The translations under genes were made by a program, and so were the position numbers. The notes under the pieces were generated by a model. The model had not been told where the DNA came from. It made no database searches and saw nothing but the letters and a program-made list of their open reading frames with translations. From Lytechinus pictus (taxonomy: Eukaryota), in assembly GCF_037042905.1 (NCBI RefSeq), contig NC_087251.1, positions 8,062,001-8,126,000 on the forward strand: a DNA stretch of 64,000 bases, given 5' to 3'. Shown in pieces: positions 12,781 to 25,140 of this stretch. Position 1 is the first letter of the stretch, and the number at the start of each line of letters is the position of its first letter.

Positions 12781-15700
12781 CAGTCAGTCCGCAGCCCGTC
12801 CGAAAGTGCTCTATTTTATTCAGCGGTATGCATAGCCGTCCGTGGTTATGCATACGTAATGAGCTGTGAAGACGAACTTTCCGATCGGTGTTTTTTGCTC
12901 TTAGAATCGTTTATTCCTCACATAATTGGTCTTATTTTATAGATAAAACTTTGAAATTTCTGATCAGCTAAATAAAATGCACATTTAATGTATTTTGAAG
13001 ACCGATATTTAGCTTAGAAAAAATGATTTTTTTCAAGAAATATATGTGAATAAACAGAGCGCATTTTTGCATCGAAATCACACTTGCGTCAAATTGATAT
13101 TATAATCAATATAAAGCGTAGACATTCTTCTTTCCGACTGAAAAAGAATTATGAAATTTCATGATGTAGCAAAGTCAGGAACCACAAAAAACCACGGCAA
13201 TGTCCATCGCGAAATGATTGGAATTGTAGTAGAATTGCCGACGCGTTCTGATTGGTCAACAGCGGCGCACAGACTTACAACATTATATATAGCTTAAAAA
13301 ACCTGGAAGTAGTACGGAAGAGATCGATGGCGAATTGCGTGAGCGCTATGTTTTGACGTGTGCAAGGACCCTGGTTCGAACCCGCCAGATTATGTTTTTT
13401 TTTTTTTTTTTTTTTTTGGGGGGGGGGTTGATGGGGATATGTTTATGCTTTTTCTTTAAATCATATTCCTTCATCGTTCCTACCCAGCTTTATTCTCTTT
13501 TTACTTTCATATGAAGTTCTATTTAGGCCTGTATTTATTAAATAGCTCTATGATTAATTCTTACTTCTTCTTAATCACTGCTTTTGATTTTCAAGTTCTT
13601 GATTACACTTATTTGGGCAGGGGTGGGAAGGGAAGTGAGTTAAAGGTCAAGTGCACATCAACAAAAAAGTATTTGAATAAATACAGAAATTTCCCTGTTT
13701 TAACACAAAACAGTTATATACACAAAACAATGGTATGCAAATAGAGTTGATTATGTCACTCCCATCAAATTACTTTTTAAATTTTTGTTGCATTTTTATT
13801 ATATAAATTTTAGCAAATTTGATGTAAAAAATCTTTCTCGAATCACAATAGGTTACATTTATGGAAACTACGAATGTTAATGGAGGAATTAAAATCCCTC
13901 TCAAAATTTCGCTGATGTGGTTTACGGTACACCATGTGGAGTGTTGTAGAAACAGTGGATAGGAGAAGAGAAGAAATGGATAGGCGAGAAAGTGGAGATT
14001 TGAGAGTAGAGTATTCTTTCTTGAAAGTAGTCCTGAAAAGGACTGTAAACCAGGAAAGATTGATGAGTTGAGAACAGCTTGAGTAGTAGAGCTAGTGAGG
14101 AGATGCTGGCTTGAGTCGGCGAGTAGAGATGATGAGTAGTAGAGAGACTGAGTAGTAGAGCTAGTGAGGAGATGCTGGCTTGAGTCGGCGAGTAGAGATG
14201 ATGAGTAGTAGAGAGACTCAGAGTCTCTCTACTACTCATCATCTCTACTCGCCGACTCAAGCCAGCATCTCCTCACTAGCTCTACTACTCAAGCTGTTCT
14301 CAACTCATCAATCTTTCCTGGTTTACAGTCCTTTTCAGGACTACTTTCAAGAAAGAATACTCTACTCTCAAATCTCCACTTTCTCGCCTATCCATTTCTT
14401 CTCTTCTCCTATCCACTGTTTCTACAACACTCCACATGGTGTACCGTAAACCACATCAGCGATTGTACATACCACCATGCAAACCTTCAAACAACATCTC
14501 CCTCTCAAAATTTGTTAATGAAAATTAAAATAAAATATACATGTCATGTACATGTATCAAACAAAAAAATACACAAGAAATTAGAGTGCGTGTGACATAA
14601 TCGGTTCTGTAATTTGCACATTGACCAAGATGAGCATATAATTGTTTTATATAATTAGGCAAATTTCTCAATGTCAAAATAGTAATTTTTTGAATTTTGA
14701 ATCATAGTTTTTATGAAATTCTCTGCAATACTTTATTTTTCTTTAAATTCAAATTAATTTTTTAATGGGGTGGACTTCTCCTTTACTCTTTGCTTGGAAT
14801 AGGGAATGCACATTAATATTTATCCACGAACAAAATTGTCTAAACATATGCAAATCAGTAATTGGACACATGCTCACTTTCCTTTCATCCAGGCCACTCC
14901 CTCACATCCACCAGGTTTACAGTCTTATAACAAAAATTATGAATTAATTATTATACCATCACACCATAGCTCCATGATCACACAACATTCATACAGTGCT
15001 TCACAACAAATATTTCACTTCTGTTCATATATGCAATAATTACTGTGGAAAACAAAAACAAGGCGTAACCACATTCAAATACCGTTTAAAAGGACAAATA
15101 TATTATACCTTTCGAAAAAAAAAATTGTGAACATACATGGCACTTAACCTTCAGCACATTAGATAACATATAACAGAGTTGCTTGAGAACAAAATATAAT
15201 TATGGGGCATTGCAAGAAACTTATGTTCAATTGCAAATCAACTACATGTTTGTGTTTAATCAAAGGACTTACCCTTAATTTTGGAATGTGTGATTGAGTA
15301 GAAAGTTTCTTGCAATGCATTAAAAATGTTCTTTGGTTTTGAATTTTTTGAATTTTTATTTTTGTCAAGCTGTATTCCTGTCCAAGTCAGTATTCTTAGT
15401 CCTCCCCAAAACTGTGCTCTAATTTTTTTGTTTCCAATATCGATAAAGATCAATTTTCTGTTGTATCATTATCAGTCCAAAATTTGCAAACGAAAAAAGG
15501 GCTTGGTCCAAATCATGGTCTGACCATTATAGTACATGATGGAATCTCCCAGAATGAAGTAGCAAGCAGAGACCAGAGTCAGCAAGTATGCAGATCTGTG
15601 TGTAGAAGAGACAAAAAAGAGAGAAATAGTCTAAATTATTCAAAGTATGAATTATGTTACATGTAAGTCAATTAAGAGACTAACTAAGTACTGTCTGTGA

Positions 15701-16660
15701 CAGCCACAATTTTTTAATTTGAAAATGGTTTATAAATACTACTGAGTACGGTAGTACCAGACTTTTTACTTTGACTTTAAACTGTTCATAGTCTCTAGAG
15801 TAGACTGTCTGAGCTAATCATCATTTAATTCTTAACCGCAGCCTGGGGCAAAAATCATCATGGGGCTCAATTTTCAACATAAATCAAGAAATATCTCAAT
15901 ATATAAAAACTTGATGGAATTCGGAAACCTGATAATCATTTGAATAAAACTTTAGAAGGGATCTACTTATTAAGCTTCGTTTATATTAAGTCTTAATTAA
16001 AAAAAAAAACAAGTCCACCGTCCACAGTCACAAATATAATGCGAGCCATCTGCCATCATTACAGAAGTTTCAACGTATGGGACCAAAGGCGAAATTCTAC
16101 CAACCTGCGACGAACGTAATTTTGGCATTATTTCGCGCCATCGTGGAGTGAACGAGAAGGTTACTTCCGGGTAAAACGTAAATTTCTTGATTTTTAGGGT
16201 ATCATTTTCTCTAAAATAAAAATATAAGGTGAGTTTGCGTCAAGTTGGTTCTGACATATTTTGAACAGTGACTTTTCTTCTTTCTAAAAAAACCCCAATC
16301 GAAACAATTTGGTTATGTAGCAAAGTCAGGAACCAAAAGTGAAATTCCGACTACAAAATCGCAGTTAAAATATTACTAAAATAAGCATCAATTAAAGAGG
16401 TAAAAATGGTAGGTTGAAAATGTCAAAATATGGAAAATTATATACCAAAATGTAGATGAAGGTCTTGAGAATAACTTACCACAATTCGTTTTGACGTAAA
16501 CTGAAGTTAGCGACCAGTACAGAGCTATAACTTCAGCCCCTCCAATTCAGTGGGAAAATCAAGCCACATTGATCGCACGTTTTCCTTTGGAGACCGCTAG
16601 AGGGCCGCTGAATAAATCTCCGTGAATATGCTCATTATCGCGCGAGCTGCGGTCTGACTG
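12781..16660. mobile_element. 3.9-kb non-autonomous DNA transposon with CAG...CTG termini
   Basis: TIR cagtcagtccgcagc/gctgcggtctgactg (14/15 match); tgta on both flanks; subterminal inverted motifs ttattcagcgg/ccgctgaataa. Confidence 0.72.
13910..14498. mobile_element. Palindromic insertion flanked by a 15-bp direct repeat
   Basis: Inverted arms 13909-14219 and 14221-14462 with a 1-nt loop; extra 69-bp tandem unit in the left arm; tccctctcaaaattt at 13895-13909 and 14499-14513. Confidence 0.75.
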
Positions 16661-16848
16661 TGTATATTTTTTTTCAAGTGGAGAAGTGGAGCCCAAAAGC
16701 ATTAAGAACTTCAAAATCAATGATTGTATTACTTATTCATGGATTTTCACTTGGTATAGTATACATGTTGAGAATGTATTTTTCATACCTATTTTCCCCT
16801 TCCTGTTTATCATAATCATAACCACTTGTGTACAAAAAGTGGCTAAGC

Positions 16849-17342
16849 TTTTTTATGCCCCCGCAGAAGTCCGGAGGGGGCATTAAGCGTTGCCCCTGTC
16901 CGTCCGTCCGTCCCCCCACTTGGTTTCCGCGCAATAACTCGAAAAATATTTAATGGATTTTAAAAATGTTTGGTGTGTAGATGACACCTAAGTACAGGCT
17001 AAGTTCGAATTTGGAGTCCGCAGGTCTAAGGTCAAAGGTCACAGCTCATTAGATATGCGAGTTGGTTTCCCATGATAATTTATGAAATATTCAACAGATT
17101 CTAAAAAATGTTGGTGTGTAGGTAGATGACAACAAAATACAGGCTAAGTTCAAATTCGGAGTCCACAGGTCAAAGGTCACAGCTCATATATATGAGAGTT
17201 GGTTGAAAGGTATAAATTTTTTCATTATATATATATGCATATTGGTTTCTGCACGATATTAAGTTCAGTCATATTGAATGAATTTCTGATCGCATTAAGC
17301 GGGGGTATCTGTGTCCTTTGGACATGTCAAATTTCTAGTTTT
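16849..17342 (+). mobile_element. HINE/DINE-1-type element
   Basis: T-rich site; subTIR atgcccccgc with IR gggggcat; (gtcc)n microsatellite; two internal repeats of ~138 bp; 3' subTIR gcgggggtat; stem-loop gtgtcc-ttt-ggacat; terminal ctagtttt. Confidence 0.85.
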
Positions 17343-17720
17343 AAATTGACACAAAGGTCGAAGGCATAGTCTACAAGTTTGCAATTCTGAAAGATATTTG
17401 TTTATTTTAAAGAAGAAGGAGAAATGTAATTATTTTGTATAATCATATCAACAGATTCTGGTTCTTCATTTTTTTAAAAATCTTTCTAATTGCTACACAG
17501 TTCTAATGCCATATTATTATATGCTCGGAAGCTTCCTTTGTTTGGATTTATTTTAGGCCTAAAGAAGGAAGTGGATGAGTAGAAACAAGGAAATGTTTTT
17601 ATATCTCTGAAAGGTTGCAAATTTGAAGCAAAAAAAAGGAATATGGAAGAACTTTGACAACAGGAAATATGCAAAGGGACATGTCTGTTTTGCTATCACA
17701 AGTGCAATAATCTGACAGAC

Positions 17721-17770
17721 AGCAGTGTACTCAGGCAGGTAATGAGCAGTGTACTCAGGCAGGTAATGAG
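17721..17770 (+). repeat. 24-bp perfect tandem duplication
   Basis: agcagtgtactcaggcaggtaatg occurs twice. Confidence 0.9.
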
Positions 17771-19022
17771 GCAAACAAAAATTGGGGGGGGGGGGCTGTG
17801 TGATCCATATGATGATTTTTTTTTCTGAAAATTTCCGAGATAGAAAAGCGAGCAAGCTGTAACACCAATATTTTTGACAGAAATTTGACATAAAGCCGAA
17901 TTTACCAGATTTTCATGGATATTTATTGAAAATTATTATGTTAGAAAAAGATAACGCTTAAAGCTGAATCTGAATCTTGATGCAAAATCACTCAGGGTGG
18001 CCTAATATCACATGAAATTAAAGCAGTAAAGTTTCAAGACAACTTTGACAGGCTTAAAATCATCTTGAAATTTTCCTGTGTATTGTACATTGTACAGCAT
18101 TGCATGAGAATATACTGGTCCCCAAAGGATGGGCCATTCCAAAGATTTAGGCTGGCCTCTGTCAGTCTGTCTCAATAGCTGGCGTTGGGAAAGGGACAAC
18201 AGTTCATGGTTAATACATGTAGTATATTTGTGGTAAAATGTATTGAGAGAATGCTCGGAAATGCAAGGTTGTTTACTAGGTCTTCTTGGGGTTCCTTGCA
18301 GATGTATGGTGGTATGTACTCTTTGTACTCCATCTCAAGCTATTCTATTCGTGTTCTTTTCCCTTTCCTCTGAGGACCCTGACCCTTCAACTGAATTTCG
18401 TTGGGTGTTGAATGATGGCACTGTGCCCACCAGCCCATTGGCTTGCCTCTATCCCCTGTATCATCCAGTAGCCAAGGCTATGTCTATTGTGTGCAAACCC
18501 ACAAGCGAGAAAAAAGCAGTGTAACTGTGCAGGGGCAAACAATGGGGGAACATGTAGGGGTGTTGCAGAGGCATAGCATTGTTGTTTGTCCCATGTATTA
18601 GCTGGTAGTAGAAGTCTGGATTACTGTTTAACTCCAAGTCTTTCAAGAAAATGGTTCTATTGATGGGCTCATTCTTTCACTTCTCAATAGAGACTTTGTA
18701 GGCTCTACATGTAGATCCACAAAGAGTTATATATGATTGTTGTGCTGGATTGCAGGTGTTTGAATGGAAGAGAGCAGTATGAGTATCCCCAAGTCCCCAG
18801 ACTACACATGCATTTGTACACATTGGAATTATCCACCATTCTGTGTGCCATTTAAAACATAAATGTATAACTTGAGAGAAGTCAAAGTTGTCATGTTAGT
18901 TTTTTTTTTCTCAAATCCCGTGGTAACTGTAATTGTGATATTTTAGAGAAAAACTTTGCTTTATTTTATTTAGCACCTGCATTCAGTGCATTGTATTGAT
19001 TTTATTCCTGCACAGGGAGTTA

Positions 19023-19185
19023 TACCACGGTCACATTTGCTCTACGGCGGCCGTACGGCGAGTCGAAAACAGCCGTTTTATTCATTTTTACTAAAACCAC
19101 CTATATGTAGCTGGTACAAAAAAATTTTAAAACGGCTGTTTTCGACTCGCCGTACGGCCGCCGTAGAGCAAATGTGACCAAGGTA
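19023..19185. mobile_element. Small hairpin MITE
   Basis: Perfect arms of ~52 bp: ggtcacatttgctctacggcggccgtacggcgagtcgaaaacagccgtttta and its reverse complement. Confidence 0.85.
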
Positions 19186-19648
19186 CAACTCATACAATAA
19201 TTAGTAATCATGACAACCTTTCATGGCCAGTTGTCATATGGACAATCTTTTCTGATCATTTTGGACTTTAGGGTGTGACAAAGAATCCTGTCCTGGGTGG
19301 AGTGAGGATTGGACTCATTTCTTCCCCCAAGAACTTCCCCACCATTCACTCAGGCCTGATTTCACTCCCTTTCAAAGTTCACCTAGGCTGAGCTGCTATG
19401 GATAGTCTCACAATTCAGACATTGTGTAAAATATGTTATCAACTTCATTTTCTCTCTTGTTCTGTCAATCGATTGATCAATCAACAATATAATAAATTTA
19501 CTCAAGTTAAAATTCCACTGCATATCTCCCCTTCAGTTTATTATAGCTGATAAAGCCCCTATATTGGAGGGGGGTGTGAATTTTACATGAAGATGCACAT
19601 TGATGTGTACTGTGCGAAGTTGTATGTCTGTAGACTACATATAGTTAA

Positions 19649-20241
19649 AGGAGAATGAAACCTTTGGAACAAGATAGCTTGTTAGAAAGCAGAAAAATCA
19701 AAGAAACAGATCAACGAAAGCTTGAGAAAAATCAGACAAATAATGAGAAAGTTATGAGCATTTGAATATTGTGATCACTGATGCTATGGAGATCCTCACG
19801 TTGGCAATGCGACAAATATGTGTGATGTCACTTGTGAACAACTCTCCCCATAACTTTAGTATATATTTCACTTTAACTGCCTCTTTTATCACATCTATCG
19901 GTAGATCATGTGTTCTTTCTATATAGGAGGGCATGCAATACAGATTTTAAAAGAATACATCATGGATAAAGAGTTTGTATCACCATTAGAAAAAGCAAAA
20001 AGAGACATTTTGGGGGTATTTTATAGTCCATCAAAGGGAAAGTTGTTCACATGTGACATCACACATCCTTCACCTTGTCGCATTGCCAATAGGAGGATCT
20101 CCATAGCATTAGTGATTGAAATATTAAAATGCTCATAACTTTCTCATTATTTGTCGGATTTTTCTCAAACTTTCTTTGTTCTTATTCTTTGATTTTTCTG
20201 TTTCGACAGAAGCCCACTTGTTTTGAAGGTTTCATTCCCCT
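19649..20241. mobile_element. Kolobok-like MITE (TTAA TSD, AG..CT termini, ~200-bp TIRs)
   Basis: ttaa|aggagaatgaaacc ... ggtttcattcccct|ttaa with long imperfect inverted arms. Confidence 0.85.
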
Positions 20242-20699
20242 TTAAATGTGTACAATGCATGTAAGTAAACATGCACATCCATATTGAAAATACCTACTAT
20301 ATAAAGAACAAGAACTTTGTCAAATTGTTAGTTAGGACTGAAGTTCTAAATATATAAACATAGATTTCCCATGTTGGTTACCGACTAGAATTCTTGTATG
20401 CTTTGGACTTTTTTACGTCCAACATTAACTATTCCATATTTGATATAGCAGGAATTTTTCATTCATTTGCAGGATTATACACTTCATCTCCAGAGTAAAA
20501 TGCATTGAAAGAAAGTTGTAGAAGTAGTTTATTTATACTGCATTATATAGGTGAAAATGCTGCAAGTTTTTATAATGTTCCTGTCATATGCGTATCTTGG
20601 GAACAACTTTATATCATTGTGGTAGATCCCCCCCTTCCCCTCCTTCTGCAACACCTCCTTAGTCAAATATGTAAAACAAACTTTACATGTAGATATTAA

Positions 20700-21308
20700 G
20701 GGATGCTCCAGGCTGAAGATATTAAATATCTAATAAATAGAGTAAAATTCACGGAGCAAAATGCTGAAAATTTCATAAAAATCGGGTAACAAATAGAGTT
20801 ATTGAATTTTTAATAAAGTTTAGCAATATTTTGTAAAAACAGTTGTATGCATGTCATCATGAATATTCATTAGCTGGGCTGATGATGTCACATCCCCACT
20901 TTCCCTTTTCTTATTTTATTACATGAAATCATATTTTTTTCAACTTTTCATACATTGTCTCCTTTATGATGAAATAAATAAGTTGCAGCAATAAATAACT
21001 ATTAACTAATGCACTTAATCAGTTGTCATTCCAGTTGTTTTAGATCTTGGTATGAAAATTTTGAATAAACCTTTTATTTCATATAATAAAATACAAAAGA
21101 AAAGTGGGGATATGACATCATCAGTCCAACTAATGAATATTCATGGAGGCATGCCATGCCTAGAAATGTTTCACCGCAATAATGAAAATCTTTAAAATTC
21201 AATATCTACGTTATTTGTTATCCAATTTTGATAAAATTTTCAGCATTTTGCTCTGTGAATCTTACTCTCTTTATTGAGATATAAATATCTTCAGCATGGA
21301 GTATCCCT
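20700..21308. mobile_element. Kolobok-like MITE, second family
   Basis: ttaa|gggatgctccaggctgaagatatt ... aatatcttcagcatggagtatccct|ttaa. Confidence 0.82.
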
Positions 21309-21789
21309 TTAAGATAAAAATAATAAAAAAATTAAAACATCTGATTCTCTGGAAAAAAATAGATTTGACAAAGGGGAATTTATAATGCTAAAACATGTGA
21401 CATGAATTCTTTATTGTGATGATTAGAGCAGAGAATTGTTTGTATTGTTTGCTCTTATTAGTACATGATGTCATTCATGTGATGTGTCCATGTTAAGTAC
21501 TTCTGTACTTCACTCAAGAGAGCTTTTGTTTCCTTGTTCAGTGTGATGGCTAAAAGTGGGGGAATGCAACAAGTTTTTGTTGAGATACATGTAGTATCGT
21601 TTTCCCTGGGGTTTTGTACAAGTAATAGTGAGTCACCATTTCAGTTCCTATGACTCAGGTTACAAACTTTTATCATCTCTCATTGGATGAATCTTTCTTT
21701 CTCTCTCTCTTTCTATATTCCCACTCGCCAATCTCTATCTCTCTCTCTCTCTCTATACATGTAAATTGCACTTGATCTAGTTTAATTCT

Positions 21790-22078
21790 GTTTGGTCTCA
21801 TGGATTTTGCTTATATTTGGTCTAATGTCATTTAGGTCCTTTTCTCCATGTATTTTGTTTTATTTCCATTTACATGTAGACTATATATATAGGCCTACCC
21901 ACATTGTCTAATATCCACTGAGTCTAATCACTATAATAAACTAAGTTTTTCTTTGATGCAGTTGAAATTAGACCATCTGAGCATTACTTTAGACTGACTC
22001 ATTGTCAACATGGGTTTAACCATGATACTGTTAATAGACAATCTGAGAATTAGACCATGTGCTATTAGACCAAGTGGA
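21790..22078. mobile_element. Degenerate MITE built of ggtctaat/attagacc motifs
   Basis: Several (g)gtctaat copies on the left mirrored by attagacc copies on the right. Confidence 0.4.
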
Positions 22079-22469
22079 TATAAATTTTTCTGTCTCGCTC
22101 ATTTTTTTTCTACATGATAGACTTGGGTACAGGTGTCATGACACGTGGATACATCAGCTTCAGTTTTTTTTTCTTCAAAGTTTACTAATTTACATGGTAT
22201 GCAGTATACACCTGATCTGATCTCTATCTTGGTTGCAATTTTCATATAGTGATTTATCAATAATTTGGTTTTCCTCTTTTTTTATTACTCTGTTTCTCTC
22301 TCTCTCTCCTTCCTGAGGGTTTTTTTTTTTTTTCTTGCGTGTGTCTTTTTTCTCCATTTGCTCTTGCTCATGTTGAATGTATTCCATTTTGGTCATCCTT
22401 TCATTTCTCTTTCTTTTGCAATGTGATCTCATTTATCCATTTATCGTTTGTATATATAAAAATCAACAG

Positions 22470-22800
22470 AAGACTTAAAAAAAATATATGTTGCCCTCAT
22501 CGGACCAACCATAAAAAGTGAAAAACAGGGTCACCACCTGTATTTTTTTTTTTAGCAGACCCAAAATGTAAAAATGCATTGTTTTTGTGAGAAACTGTCA
22601 GATTAAGGCAAACTATTTGTTTAAATTTGTATTCGATATGCATTTTGACATGTTTGACTGCATATCATTCATTCATTCATGTGTGATTTTCTTTGTGCAG
22701 CACAACAGTGAAGATACTATTAAAGGAAAGAAAAAAGACCGTCCCAACTTTCTGATTTTGGGCACATGAGGGCAACATAACAAGTTTTTTTAGGCCTAAG
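22470..22800. mobile_element. MITE with imperfect TIRs
   Basis: taaaaaaaatatatgttgccctcat versus atgagggcaacataacaagtttttttaggcctaa. Confidence 0.6.
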
Positions 22801-24582
22801 TTAGGATCTCAATTAAACTTCAGTTGAGTGCCATCTGAAACATTGTCCTTAAAATTGTAATGAATTTGGTTTGTGAATGAGAACCCCAAAACGATTACTT
22901 TATTCAAACTATTAGTGCAAAGTATAAGTTTATTCATGGGAATAAGATATGGAACTTTGTGCATGATTTCCCCAGGATGATTTCCAACCAAAACCTTCCA
23001 TTCTGAATACAGTTGCATGTCTGTAGATCAATATAGATGTTGTACATGACAGATAGATTGGTAATATAATGTGTATTGTGTGTGATAGATAAAGAAGAAA
23101 GGCATTTTGAGTTGACTGTCTCTCCTGGCTCAGACTCAAAATTACTCTGCAATCCCTCTGCAGTTTCCTTTTTGAGGAAGTAGATGTAGGAAACTACCTA
23201 CACATGCCAAGTTATTCAGCCTTATCCCATCTCCTACACACAGGTCCATCTTGTCAGTGTTTCTAGGTTCTAAAGGTCATGATTGCAAGTTCAGGGATAT
23301 GCCTGATAAAGTTGCATGAAAAATAGGGAAAACAAACAAAACAGTCAAAACCTGTTTGGAGGATTGCATGTAATGTGCTTTATAATGCACATGTCTTTAT
23401 GATAAGTACATGTACTGTTGGTGCTATCTGAAAATTAATCAGGAAGGATATTAGTGATTTTGTGTACCGGGTATCTGTGCATGTTCAATGAAACAGATTA
23501 CTTTGGGTAGGTCTACCTGTTATTTATTTTCATTTAAAGTTTTCAGCCAATTTTTTAAATATATATACTAAGGGGCTAGTAGCACTTCCCTTTCTACATG
23601 TACATGTAGACAACAAAGATTTATGATAACTCAGTACTGGGTTGAAATTATAAGGGAAAAAAATTGCACCAGTAAAAAAGAGTCAATTATTGCCTTTTCA
23701 GGCTTTGAGCTTAAAATTGCACAAGAGAGCCAAAGTGCCTTGGAAAATGCTTGTTATCTGGGCATCAAAATATTTCACCACAACATGCGCACCCCATGAT
23801 AGCTTTGTGTATAAGATGCGTTGTGTGTGGGGGGATGGGATGTGCATACATGTGTTTCGTACAATGTAGGCCTACATCCAACTGTGTGCTTGGGATATGA
23901 GAGATGTGTTGCTCATTTGCATACGTGTGTACACACTGGCCAACTCTGATTAGCATATTTGAGGTCAGCTTTGCTCAGAACTCTGGTAGCTAGATTGTTG
24001 TACACTAATAGGCTTGTTGCCCTATTTTCATCTCACATTTTGTCAATATAAACAAAATGTGAACTACTGTTTACAAAGTCATTTCCAGTATAGTGACAAA
24101 CAAATGAGACATAACTAGATGAAACTGATTTAGTTTTTAGAGCTCTTTTAGGACACTATTTATTGTTACGGGAAAAATATTAAAATATGAATTCATATTT
24201 ACTTTGAATTTTTTTAATCAAGAAATTGGCATTCTTATTTTGATGATTTAGGCCTATTAGGATTAACTATCCAAAACATAATAGTAAAAACTAACCCCAC
24301 CCTAAAAAAATAACAATAGTTAATATTTAAATCAATAAATGAAGAATTGAAAATTTTAAACACAGATTATGTGATTATTTTACCTCAAACTAATGTAAAA
24401 CCTGATATATATGGATCTGTAGAATCATCATTATTATAACAAATTGTGATATGATGGAAAGTAATCATATTTTTTAATATAAATTAATTTTGTAGACTTA
24501 AAAAACAAACTTTTGTTTTAGCATGAATTGTTACACATTAGTGTAATACCGTAATAAAATTTTGTGAAACTGCAATACTTAA

Positions 24583-25140
24583 AGCACAAGTCCACCCAAA
24601 CAAAAAGTTGATTTGAATAAGAAGAGAAATATCAAACAAGCATTACACTGAAAATTTCATCAAAATCGGATGTAAAATAAGAAAATTATGACATTTTAAA
24701 GTTTCGATTAATTTCACAAAACAGTTATATGCACATACTGGTCGGTATGCAAATGAGAGAACTGATGACATCACTCACTATTTTGTATTTTATTATATGA
24801 AATATGAATTATTCTAATTTTCTCCCCATTGTCCTGTGAAACAAAGTTTTATTTCTCCCTGAACATGTGGAGTTGCCATTATTTAAAATTGTATCGTTTA
24901 GTCAAGTTGGTAAATTGAAATATTGTATAATTCAAACAATAAAAAACAAAAGAAATAGTGAGGGACATCATTGATTCTCTCATTTGCATGAGACTGATTT
25001 GTGCATATAACTGTTTTTTGAAATATAACCGAAACTTTAAAATGTCATAACTTTCTTATTTTGATGAAATTTTCAACGTTATGCTTGCTTGATTTTTCTC
25101 TCTTGATTCAATAAACATTTTTCTGGGGTGGACTTGACCT
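24583..25140. mobile_element. Kolobok-like MITE, third family
   Basis: ttaa|agcacaagtccaccc ... gggtggacttgacct|ttaa with long imperfect arms. Confidence 0.85.

Noticed and set aside
14050..14220. Hammerhead ribozyme in the palindrome (tgatgag motifs)
   Set aside because: No CUGAUGA followed by stem II and GAAA could be assembled
13922..14449. Mirror-image ORFs (112 aa on minus, 89 aa on plus) with nearly identical peptides
   Set aside because: They are a direct consequence of the DNA palindrome and are low-complexity Ser/Leu-rich sequence
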